A stretch of DNA of 64,000 nt. Origin: a virus. Lineage: Duplodnaviria > Caudoviricetes. The notes below the pieces were generated by a model. That model made no database searches. It was not told the DNA's origin and worked only from the letters and a program-made list of their open reading frames with translations. The stretch is from positions 14,811 to 78,810 of the IMG/VR virus record IMGVR_UViG_3300050335_000039. One strand, given 5' to 3'. Both the position numbers and the translations under genes were made by a program. Positions 49,566-57,628 of this stretch are shown here, piece by piece; position 1 is the stretch's first letter, and each line of letters starts with the position of its first letter.

Positions 49566-49664
49566 TGGCAGAAAGGGGGGGGGCTGGAGCAAAAAAAAGT
49601 CGCTCCCCTCACGGGGGGCGTGGATTGAAACTGGCAGAAAGGGGGGGGGCTGGAGCAAAAAAAA
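49566..49664 (+). repeat. 33-bp exact direct repeat flanking the CRISPR repeat
   Basis: TGGCAGAAAGGGGGGGGGCTGGAGCAAAAAAAA at 49566-49598 and 49632-49664. Confidence 0.9.
49599..49631 (+). CRISPR. Solitary type I-C-like CRISPR repeat (no array, no cas genes in window)
   Basis: GTCGCTCCCCTCACGGGGGGCGTGGATTGAAAC: GTCGC start, 8-bp stem CGCTCCCC/GGGGGGCG, TGGATTGAAAC end. Confidence 0.85.
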
Positions 49665-49695
49665 AGACCCTACGCTTACAGCATGGCGTAGGGTC
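49657..49695 (-). terminator. Intrinsic terminator of the minus-strand cassette
   Basis: GACCCTACGC/GCGTAGGGTC 10-bp stem followed by T9 on the minus strand. Confidence 0.85.
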
Positions 49696-49718
49696 ATCAG
49701 TGTATCCTGGCGAGGCGG

Positions 49719-49790
49719 CTACTCCGTTGCCTTGCCAAGGACTAGCAGAACAGCAGATGCAAGCAACAGAATAATTGGTATGACGTCCAT
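49719..49790 (-). CDS. 23-aa hydrophobic peptide
   Basis: MDVIPIILLLASAVLLVLGKATE; ATG overlaps the TAA of the upstream gene. Confidence 0.5.
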   Translation of the reverse strand: MDVIPIILLLASAVLLVLGKATE

Positions 49791-50149
49791 TACTGCTCCA
49801 AAATGCCGTCAACACTGACCACAGGCGATGACTGCGGGTACTGTATCTTGTTAACGATCAAATCACAGTACTCTAGCAGTACGGGCAGAGTCATGGTGCG
49901 TAATAAAACTTGCCCGTCGTACACGTTAGCTACATAGTCAATATCCGATGCCTTGCCGTCAGACAAAAGGTCGCAGTACGTCTGTACTATCTTAAAGCTC
50001 TCCAGCACGCTCTGGCCGAATGGATTACTCTGTGTTACTGTCTGGAGCGCAGACTTAAAGTTTGCGTACTCTCCATCCAGTCTAACCTCTGATATTTTTT
50101 TATCGCTACTTACCTTCATTAGTTTTGTAGTTTTAGTTTTTTCTGACAT
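49790..50149 (-). CDS. Hypothetical protein (119 aa), atypically GC-rich codons
   Basis: ORF with GAGG SD, own promoter and terminator. Confidence 0.65.
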   Translation of the reverse strand: MSEKTKTTKLMKVSSDKKISEVRLDGEYANFKSALQTVTQSNPFGQSVLESFKIVQTYCDLLSDGKASDIDYVANVYDGQVLLRTMTLPVLLEYCDLIVNKIQYPQSSPVVSVDGILEQ

Positions 50150-50253
50150 TTTTGATCCTCTTTCTCTCATTTAAGGGATGAGTCCCGTATGGTTTTTTTT
50201 AATCTATGTGTTTCCGGTAAATAATATTTCATTTTAATTTACCTCACTTTTTT

Positions 50254-50282
50254 AAAATAGCATACTCCATTGATTTTGTCAA
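50254..50282 (-). promoter_or_regulatory. Leftward promoter flanking the repeat array
   Basis: TTGACA-17 bp-TATTTT with TG extension. Confidence 0.7.
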
Positions 50283-50331
50283 TAGTTTTTTCGTTTTAAT
50301 TTAATTTTTTTCTTTTTTTTCGGATTCCGTG

Positions 50332-51229
50332 AGCCTGGATGGATAGCCTGGATAGCCCGGATGGATAGCCTGGATAGCCTGGATGGATAGCCTGGATGGA
50401 TAGCCTGGATAGCCCGGATGGATAGCCTGGATGGATGGCCTGGATGGATAGCCTGGATAGCCCGGATGGATAGCCTGGATAGCCCGGATGGATGGCCTGG
50501 ATAGCCTGGATGGATAGCCTGGATAGCCCGGATGGATAGCCTGGATGGATAGCCTGGATGGATAGCCTGGATAGCCCGGATGGATAGCCCGGATGGATAG
50601 CCCGGATAGCCCGGATGGATAGCCTGGATGGATGGCCTGGATGGATAGCCTGGATGGATAGCCTGGATAGCCCGGATGGATAGCCTGGATGGATAGCCTG
50701 GATAGCCCGGATGGATAGCCCGGATGGATAGCCCGGATGGATAGCCTGGATAGCCTGGATGGATAGCCTGGATGGATAGCCTGGATAGCCCGGATGGATA
50801 GCCCGGATGGATAGCCTGGATAGCCCGGATGGATGGCCTGGATGGCCTGGATGGATAGCCTGGATAGCCCGGATGGATAGCCTGGATAGCCCGGATGGAT
50901 AGCCTGGATGGATAGCCTGGATAGCCCGGATGGATGGCCTGGATAGCCTGGATAGCCCGGATGGATAGCCTGGATGGATAGCCTGGATAGCCCGGATGGA
51001 TGGCCTGGATAGCCTGGATGGATAGCCTGGATAGCCCGGATGGATAGCCTGGATAGCCCGGATGGATAGCCTGGATGGATAGCCTGGATAGCCCGGATGG
51101 ATGGCCTGGATGGATAGCCTGGATAGCCCGGATGGATAGCCTGGATAGCCCGGATGGATAGCCCGGATGGATAGCCTGGATGGATAGCCTGGATAGCCTG
51201 GATGGATAGCCTGGATGGATAGCCTGGAT
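50332..51229. repeat. Irregular tandem array of about 78 RGCCYGGAT(GGAT) units
   Basis: Entire stretch parses into GGAT, AGCCT, AGCCC and GGCCT blocks; count by hand. Confidence 0.95.
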
Positions 51230-51271
51230 ATATATTAAATGAAGAAACTGTGAACATACATAGTACCATAA

Positions 51272-51300
51272 TTGACATAGGATAGACTATGTGATATACT
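51272..51300 (+). promoter_or_regulatory. Rightward promoter flanking the repeat array
   Basis: TTGACA-17 bp-TATACT with TG extension. Confidence 0.8.
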
Positions 51301-51341
51301 TAACATTATGTCTACCTATCTGCCTATCTACTTATCTCTTT

Positions 51342-51390
51342 CTCTCACGAGACAATTAAGGCAAGACATGTCTCGTGAGAGTTTTTTTTT
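51342..51390 (+). terminator. Strong promoter-proximal intrinsic terminator
   Basis: 13-bp stem CTCTCACGAGACA/TGTCTCGTGAGAG followed by T9. Confidence 0.85.
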
Positions 51391-51412
51391 AAAAAAAATC
51401 GGAGTAAAGAAA

Positions 51413-51907
51413 ATGAAAAAAGATTTGGAATATTACCAGAGCAAGTGCAAAGAAACGGAATCATTATGTATCGAGGGCAGGAAAGTTTTCAAATTAAATT
51501 ATGGCAGAACGCAGAAAATTTTTCTTGGTCATCTAGAGGATGATTCAATCAAATCCAATTGGCTAAAACCAATTGGACACAGGGTTAAATCCAATGCTTT
51601 TAATGGTAATCATTACGGCAAAAAGCGAAGTAAAATTAAAAAATATTTATCTAGCGAATATCAGTATTATCATTGGATTAAATTCTGTAAAGAATTAAAT
51701 GGTAATACTAGTGATATTTACTATGACCTTGTAGGGGGATGTAGCTTTAAAATAGACCACATTTTAGAATTAGGTGAAATAAGAAAAATATCCGGCGGGG
51801 TATTTTTATCATTCATAGGGGATCATAAATTAGAGATTAGAATCTTGCGTGAAAGTGGAAGCAAGATTTTATACAAAACAGTATATAAATACGAATTATC
51901 AAGATAA
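51413..51907 (+). CDS. Hypothetical early protein
   Basis: ATG 51413 with GGAG SD; the longer track start lies inside the terminator leader. Confidence 0.6.
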   Translation: MKKDLEYYQSKCKETESLCIEGRKVFKLNYGRTQKIFLGHLEDDSIKSNWLKPIGHRVKSNAFNGNHYGKKRSKIKKYLSSEYQYYHWIKFCKELNGNTSDIYYDLVGGCSFKIDHILELGEIRKISGGVFLSFIGDHKLEIRILRESGSKILYKTVYKYELSR

Positions 51908-51925
51908 TTAAACGAGATTAACCTT

Positions 51926-51962
51926 AAGCGCTCTATTCTACAGAATAGAGCGCTTTTATTTT
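51926..51962 (+). terminator. Intrinsic terminator
   Basis: AAGCGCTCTATTCT/AGAATAGAGCGCTT then T-rich tail. Confidence 0.8.
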
Positions 51963-52142
51963 AATTTTATTTAATCTCTTTACTCGTTTTAAAAAATAAA
52001 ATTCCTTATATAGTAAAGGCAAATTTTTGAAATTGAAAAAAATTGGAGGAAAAAATGGAAGATGATAGAATTTGAAGAGACCACATTATCAGGAATTTTA
52101 TTTAAAATAATTGAAGAATAAAAAATAAAAAGGAGATTCAAA

Positions 52143-52340
52143 ATGTTTACTCCAGAAGTTAACACAAAAAACCAGATAAACTGGATAGCAGGTAATATCC
52201 AGAAAAATCTTGTCCTATTAAGGCAGAAATATTCACATCCTCTGTACGAAGATACTTTATATTATATTAACCAAATCTTTAACCAGAAATTAAAAGAGAA
52301 ATTTTTGAAAGATTTGGAGGATGCAAGCAATGGAAAATAA
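52143..52340 (+). CDS. Hypothetical early protein
   Basis: 65 aa, AGGAG SD. Confidence 0.55.
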   Translation: MFTPEVNTKNQINWIAGNIQKNLVLLRQKYSHPLYEDTLYYINQIFNQKLKEKFLKDLEDASNGK

Positions 52341-52518
52341 ACTTTTTTACGATTTTCATGTAAAAAAAATAAAAAGGTCAAGAGCCGAAGGAAAGTATAT
52401 TTATCGGTTAAATGTAGTACCGGTAAAATTGAAAAGTTTTTCTCTCTTTGTAGAAAGGGGAAAGGGAGATAAAACTTTTAGAAAAATGTTAGCAGACATT
52501 TTATTCTACCTTAATTAG
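52321..52518 (+). CDS. Hypothetical early protein
   Basis: 65 aa, GGAGG SD. Confidence 0.5.
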   Translation: MQAMENKLFYDFHVKKIKRSRAEGKYIYRLNVVPVKLKSFSLFVERGKGDKTFRKMLADILFYLN

Positions 52519-52530
52519 AAGAGGGTAAAA

Positions 52531-52818
52531 ATGAACATATATATTACTGATGAGGTATATTTCGGTAATATTACCGGAGATATTACAATTAAGCGTCTTT
52601 CTGAAGATGAAGTAATGAAATACATTAATTATATTGATAAATCAAAAATAATCGGGGCTGTACATGATTTAGATACCTCGAAAGAATTTGAAAAGACTTT
52701 CGGAATTAATCCAAGAGGGAAAAATATTTATAATTTCCCAAAAGGGAAATCCGACGAAATATTGCTTGTTTTAATGTACAGCATTCCACATGAATATTTT
52801 CTAATTTATTATCCATAA
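52531..52818 (+). CDS. Hypothetical early protein
   Basis: 95 aa, GAGG SD. Confidence 0.55.
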   Translation: MNIYITDEVYFGNITGDITIKRLSEDEVMKYINYIDKSKIIGAVHDLDTSKEFEKTFGINPRGKNIYNFPKGKSDEILLVLMYSIPHEYFLIYYP

Positions 52819-53303
52819 GGAGAAAGTAAAAATGAAAAAAAATTAATGGTAGTTACTTATACAACGCCATAAAGAGAATATAGTATTAATTCTTTTCGGA
52901 GGAAAATAAAATGAAAACAGCAATTGAAGTTAGAATTGATGAAAAGAGGGCTTTGTTGATTGTGTTTTATTCTGATGGGAGCAGTAAATCTTTTAATCCT
53001 GAATATTTTGGTATAACTTTGTGGGAGGCTGTTAAAATGTCTCACGAAGAATTATTAGAGGTAGTAAATATATGAAATATTTAATTAGTATTTTAGGTTA
53101 TTTATTAACTGCTATTGCAGTAATTTCTTTTGCTACAATAGTATATGATAACTTTAAATTTACTGTAATGATTTAAAATTGTTTAATCCATATAATGAAC
53201 AAATTACTCTTTTAGAATTAATTGGATCATATAAAGAATCTGTTATTAAACACCTCGAATACAGGAAAGAAGTAATAGATGGTTTTTATTTCATGGAGAA
53301 AAT

Positions 53304-53618
53304 ATGAGAAAATCTTTTGCAAAGAAAGTTCCTTTTCGTCTTGAAAAAGTAGAATTTAGAGGAAATAAAAGTGCCGTTTATATTAAATATTCTTGGTGGG
53401 ATTGCATTATCACGCAAGAAATGTTTAATGCTATGGTACATGAAAAACCAATTAATTTAAAGGAAATTAAAGACGAAAAAGAATTATTCGATGTAATGTT
53501 TGAATTTCTTTTCCCTGGATTAATAAGGACAGAAAAAAGATTTGAAGAAAAAATGAAAAACAAACCAAAACCGTATTGTATAATTAAAATAAATGGCATG
53601 GAAGTTAGAATAGAATAA
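53304..53618 (+). CDS. Hypothetical early protein
   Basis: 104 aa, GGAG SD. Confidence 0.55.
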   Translation: MRKSFAKKVPFRLEKVEFRGNKSAVYIKYSWWDCIITQEMFNAMVHEKPINLKEIKDEKELFDVMFEFLFPGLIRTEKRFEEKMKNKPKPYCIIKINGMEVRIE

Positions 53619-53696
53619 AAGTAGTAAAGTTCCTATTGGGCGATGCTTTATTTTCTGATAAACTTTAAATAAAAATAAATAAAAGGAGAAAATGAA

Positions 53697-54479
53697 ATGT
53701 GTGAACTAATTTTTGTAGATACAAAAGATAATTTAGTAAATATATTAACAACTTATGCGTTATTATTAACAGATGGCGCTAAAAATCCAGATGGTTTTGG
53801 AATTTTTACAGAGAAAAGTGGTCTGTTTAAAACAGAAATTCAGCCAAATAATATTGATTCACTTTCAACTTTAATTAAATATAAATGTAACTCTGATATT
53901 ATTTTGGCTCATGTAAGATATGCATCTGACAAAAAAACTGTAAATAATGAAAAAGCCCATCCATTTGAAACAGAAAAATTAATTTTTTCACATAATGGGG
54001 GATTAGAATTTAATAATCCAGATAAATATAAAAATCGTAATTTAATTGACTCTGAAGTATTTTTATCGGAACTTAATGAAAATTATGGCAGGTATCTTCC
54101 AGAGGCTTTAATAGATACAATGAAAAATTTTACTGGTAAATTTGCATTTTTAATTTATTCTAAAGTGGAAAATATGTATTATATTGTTAGAGGATTAACT
54201 GCTAAATTATACATGTCTAGAATTTCTGTAAACGGGATTGATATAGGTTTTGTTGTAAATACTGACGATGTGGACTTAGAGAAATCACTATCTGTTGTTA
54301 AAGATTTTATTTTTCTTATTAATGGAGATAGGTTAGAATATACAAATCCCCTTTTATTGCACAGTGAGAAGATTTATTATGTTAATAATAAACAATTAAT
54401 AGAGTCTGGACATAAAGTAAAAGAAAATAAGAAACATTTTAGTCCTATTAATTGGTTCAAGTTAAATGTTAAAAAATAA
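53697..54479 (+). CDS. Class II (Ntn) glutamine amidotransferase, copy 1
   Basis: Met-Cys start, NPDGFG, LAHVRYAS, HPF, HNG, DSE. Confidence 0.85.
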   Translation: MCELIFVDTKDNLVNILTTYALLLTDGAKNPDGFGIFTEKSGLFKTEIQPNNIDSLSTLIKYKCNSDIILAHVRYASDKKTVNNEKAHPFETEKLIFSHNGGLEFNNPDKYKNRNLIDSEVFLSELNENYGRYLPEALIDTMKNFTGKFAFLIYSKVENMYYIVRGLTAKLYMSRISVNGIDIGFVVNTDDVDLEKSLSVVKDFIFLINGDRLEYTNPLLLHSEKIYYVNNKQLIESGHKVKENKKHFSPINWFKLNVKK

Positions 54480-54741
54480 CATAGGACGTTTATTTTTATA
54501 AAAAAAGTTCATGTTTAAAAAGGAAAATGAAAATGAATATTTTTAGAGCAGTTGTAATTTGTTATATTTCAAGGATTTTAGAAAATGTTTTAGATTATAT
54601 TACTATTGTCTATTTAACTTTTATTCCAATATACCTCTTATTTTTCTTTAAGGGAAAATAAAATGCTAATTGAAATTTTTCAATTTATAATTTCTTTAGT
54701 ATTAATTCTATCGGTTATATTCTTTTTAGGATTAAGAAGGG

Positions 54742-54957
54742 ATGGATAAAATGTTAACCTGGCTGGAGATTTTGGATTATATACTGGAGGAAAGGAATTC
54801 CTTGAAGGAGGCAAAAGAATTTATTAAGACTCTTCCACAGGAAATCCAGGAATCCAATTTAGGACAACTGATTTTAAATGGAAATGAAAATTTTGAAGAA
54901 CAAGTTAAATCCATGTATTTCATGGAGAGATTAGAATCTATGGAGATGGAGGAATAA
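54742..54957 (+). CDS. Small acidic hypothetical protein
   Basis: 71 aa, Glu-rich. Confidence 0.5.
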   Translation: MDKMLTWLEILDYILEERNSLKEAKEFIKTLPQEIQESNLGQLILNGNENFEEQVKSMYFMERLESMEMEE

Positions 54958-55338
54958 AATGAATAATAATAAAGAATTTGAATTAGAACTGGAAAAATTT
55001 AAAACAGATATAAAAATTTTTAAAGATAATATTTATTTACTTTAGTATTTGATTGTTGCTCGGATGAAATGATAAATCTTATTTATCTATATATACGGAG
55101 AAGATTTTTATAAAAACATGTTTAGCTAAATCAATTGATGGTTTAAATTATTTATTAGATAAAGGAAAAAAAGCAAAATGATACTAAATCTTTTTATTAA
55201 ATTAGTTATATGTGCCGTTGCTTTTTATTTTACAACTTTAGTTCTTTTTGTAATTGTAGAGAGAACAGCAAAGGAAGAACCTTCGGAAGAAGATAATTCC
55301 ATCTATAATTTTCATAAAAATAATTAAGGAATTTTAAA

Positions 55339-55722
55339 ATGGTTACTACAAATTATTCATCAAATAAACCCAAAACTTTTTTATTGTTAGTATTTGTAGT
55401 AAGTATTTTATTATTGTTATTTGCATTACCAAAGATAGATTTATCCTTTTCTCATGGGGCATCAAAGCACGGACTTTCTGTAAATGAAAAAATTATTAGA
55501 TGCACAGAAAATAATCCTAATCAACTTTTTTATAAATTAAATAATGGAAATATTGCCATGCCATGCTTTGATGACGAATTAGGATGGACTGTAAGAATTG
55601 TTTTTAAAGATAAAAACGGAATTCATGAAATTACAACTTATCCAAAAGAGGGGATTAAAACTTGGGGGGAAATGGAAAAATATTTATTAAAATACGGTAC
55701 TAGAATTAATAAACCTTGGTAA
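55339..55722 (+). CDS. Membrane-anchored protein with HxxxKH motif
   Basis: N-terminal TM, SHGASKHG, two Cys, ITTYP. Confidence 0.55.
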   Translation: MVTTNYSSNKPKTFLLLVFVVSILLLLFALPKIDLSFSHGASKHGLSVNEKIIRCTENNPNQLFYKLNNGNIAMPCFDDELGWTVRIVFKDKNGIHEITTYPKEGIKTWGEMEKYLLKYGTRINKPW

Positions 55723-56006
55723 TAAAGGAGAAAAAAATGGAATTTGATGGAAATACTTATTTTTTAATTGCAACAGCATTTTTTCCTATCCTTTTTATTT
55801 TTGGGTTTGTAGAATATAAAATGTACAAAGCAAGTTGTTTTCTTGACTTTATACTAAAAACATTTGTATTAATACTTTTTGCTACGGCTTTTTCCATAGT
55901 TTGGCCTTTAATTGCTTTTGTAGTTGTTTTATCTATAATTATGTTTCCTATCTGGTTAATTATTAAATTAATTGAAAAATTAAAAAGCATTTATAGGATA
56001 AATTAA
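55716..56006 (+). CDS. Membrane protein
   Basis: Multiple hydrophobic helices. Confidence 0.55.
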   Translation: MVIKEKKMEFDGNTYFLIATAFFPILFIFGFVEYKMYKASCFLDFILKTFVLILFATAFSIVWPLIAFVVVLSIIMFPIWLIIKLIEKLKSIYRIN

Positions 56007-56007
56007 A

Positions 56008-56535
56008 ATGAATCTGTTTGTCTATTATTCTATAATAATTCTTGTAATTATTATTGCAATAATAATTCAAGGATCGAATCTAAATATTAAACTACATTTA
56101 AAATTAAAGGGCAAGAATGTTATGTATAAAATTTTTAAAATAGCGGAACAAAATGGTATTTCTATAGATAGACACGAAGAAATTAAAATAGAAAAGAATT
56201 TTATAAGTGCAAAGGAGATTAAAAATACTTTTTATACATTTACTTTAGATAATTATTCCGGCTGTTGTCCGATTATAAAATTTACAACTGATGAGCTTAA
56301 GGAATTTGTTATAGAATTGGAAAGACTATATGAGATTTTGATTTCTTCCTGTGTAAATGATGAATTCACTTTTTATGATTTAATTACTACAAATAAAAAA
56401 GAAAATGTAAATTTAAAGGTAAAAATAGATAGTTCCTGTAGAAAAATTAAATTTGAAGTACTTGATTGGTTTGATTATCTTTATCCAGATAATATATTAG
56501 ATTTTATTGTCAACCTAGAAAGGGAATTAAAATGA
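56008..56535 (+). CDS. Hypothetical protein
   Basis: ORF in operon; true start uncertain. Confidence 0.5.
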   Translation: MNLFVYYSIIILVIIIAIIIQGSNLNIKLHLKLKGKNVMYKIFKIAEQNGISIDRHEEIKIEKNFISAKEIKNTFYTFTLDNYSGCCPIIKFTTDELKEFVIELERLYEILISSCVNDEFTFYDLITTNKKENVNLKVKIDSSCRKIKFEVLDWFDYLYPDNILDFIVNLERELK

Positions 56536-56924
56536 AAAAAATAGTAAAAAAAATTCTTTTCCAAGTTGACGGTTTAAATTTTACACAGGTAGAGGAAAAT
56601 GATAGAATTTATTATACTTTTTTTGATACTTTAATATTTAATAATAAGAAAGAAATAATGCATGTAATTGAACTATCGCACGAGTGTTATAAAGACTTTG
56701 TTTCTAATTTAAATAGAGATGTCATCCATTATAACAACGACTATAAAATTTCTATAAAAAATTGCAAAAACTATGATAATACTATAGTTAAATTATTAAT
56801 CAAAGATGTAAAAGAGAACGTTTATGTATCAAGTAAATTAGAACAATACATGGAATTTTTTAATAAAATTATTAATTACTTTAATGGAGAAAAAAATAAT
56901 AATGGAAAAAAAGATAATAGGTAA
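56532..56924 (+). CDS. Hypothetical protein
   Basis: ATGA overlap with previous gene. Confidence 0.55.
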   Translation: MKKIVKKILFQVDGLNFTQVEENDRIYYTFFDTLIFNNKKEIMHVIELSHECYKDFVSNLNRDVIHYNNDYKISIKNCKNYDNTIVKLLIKDVKENVYVSSKLEQYMEFFNKIINYFNGEKNNNGKKDNR

Positions 56925-57237
56925 TATTAAAATTTTAAAATTTGATACAAAGTGCATATATATATTTCTAGATAAAAATATGTATATAACGCTTGATTTT
57001 AAAAAAAATAAAGAAATTATTGTTTACGATAAAGGTAAAACTGTAAATATACATAAAAATAGTATTGATGTATTAAATGATATTGACGACAAGATTTTAA
57101 GTAAGGAGTTTGTATATAACGGGATAATTAATATTACTGGAAATAACTCAAAAATTACTTTTGATTTAAAAAATGGTACTGTATTTAGTTTTTCCGTTAG
57201 TATATTGAAAGACTTTCTAAATTATTTAAAATATTAA
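56884..57237 (+). CDS. Hypothetical protein
   Basis: 117-aa ORF, GGAG SD. Confidence 0.55.
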   Translation: MEKKIIMEKKIIGNIKILKFDTKCIYIFLDKNMYITLDFKKNKEIIVYDKGKTVNIHKNSIDVLNDIDDKILSKEFVYNGIINITGNNSKITFDLKNGTVFSFSVSILKDFLNYLKY

Positions 57238-57254
57238 CAAAGGAGAAAAATAAA

Positions 57255-57608
57255 ATGTTTTTACACAAAAAATGTAAGTCGAATGTATTTCTAGATTTAA
57301 CCGACAATTTGAAAATTACGGCTAATTTTTCAGTAACTGATGAAGGGATTTCTATATCAGTTGCTGATATAGAATCCGTAGAAAATCCAGAAATTATTTT
57401 TATGTGTAAAGAATGTGATTCGGAAGTGAGTTTAGATGAAATTGAAGTAAATTGTGACGAATGTTGGAATAAATTTAATATTGAAGATTTGTTTGTTCTC
57501 AGAAATTCTTCTGGAATTTTTTGTAAAGACTGCCTTGATAAATTAAATATTCCAGAAAAAAATAGAAAATTACTTAAAGAATCAATGAGTTCATTCTATA
57601 ATATTTAA
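57255..57608 (+). CDS. Zinc-finger hypothetical protein
   Basis: HKKC, CKEC, CDEC, CKDC motifs; AGGAG SD. Confidence 0.6.
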   Translation: MFLHKKCKSNVFLDLTDNLKITANFSVTDEGISISVADIESVENPEIIFMCKECDSEVSLDEIEVNCDECWNKFNIEDLFVLRNSSGIFCKDCLDKLNIPEKNRKLLKESMSSFYNI

Positions 57609-57628
57609 AATAAAAGGAGAAAAATAAA

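Noticed and set aside
49566-49664. A true CRISPR mini-array or a phage cas system
   Set aside because: Only one repeat; the duplicated units are the flanks; no cas operon. The PD-(D/E)XK gene at 4698-5387 is a replication-module exonuclease, not evidence of Cas4 adaptation
49565-49815. ORFs 49565..49774 (+) and 49609..49815 (-)
   Set aside because: They run across the CRISPR repeat, duplicated 33-mer and terminator; no SD; better explained as non-coding elements
50332-51229. Restriction-site decoy as the main explanation of the array
   Set aside because: CCWGG, CCGG and GGATG also occur in ordinary genes of the window, so no strict avoidance supports it; kept only as a minor hypothesis pending a count
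50301-51278. 325-aa minus-strand ORF with IQAIHPGYPG repeats
   Set aside because: The minus strand of the array contains no stop triplet in any frame, so a long ORF is automatic; unit lengths of 9 and 13 scramble the frame; no SD, and the ATG overlaps a promoter -35 box
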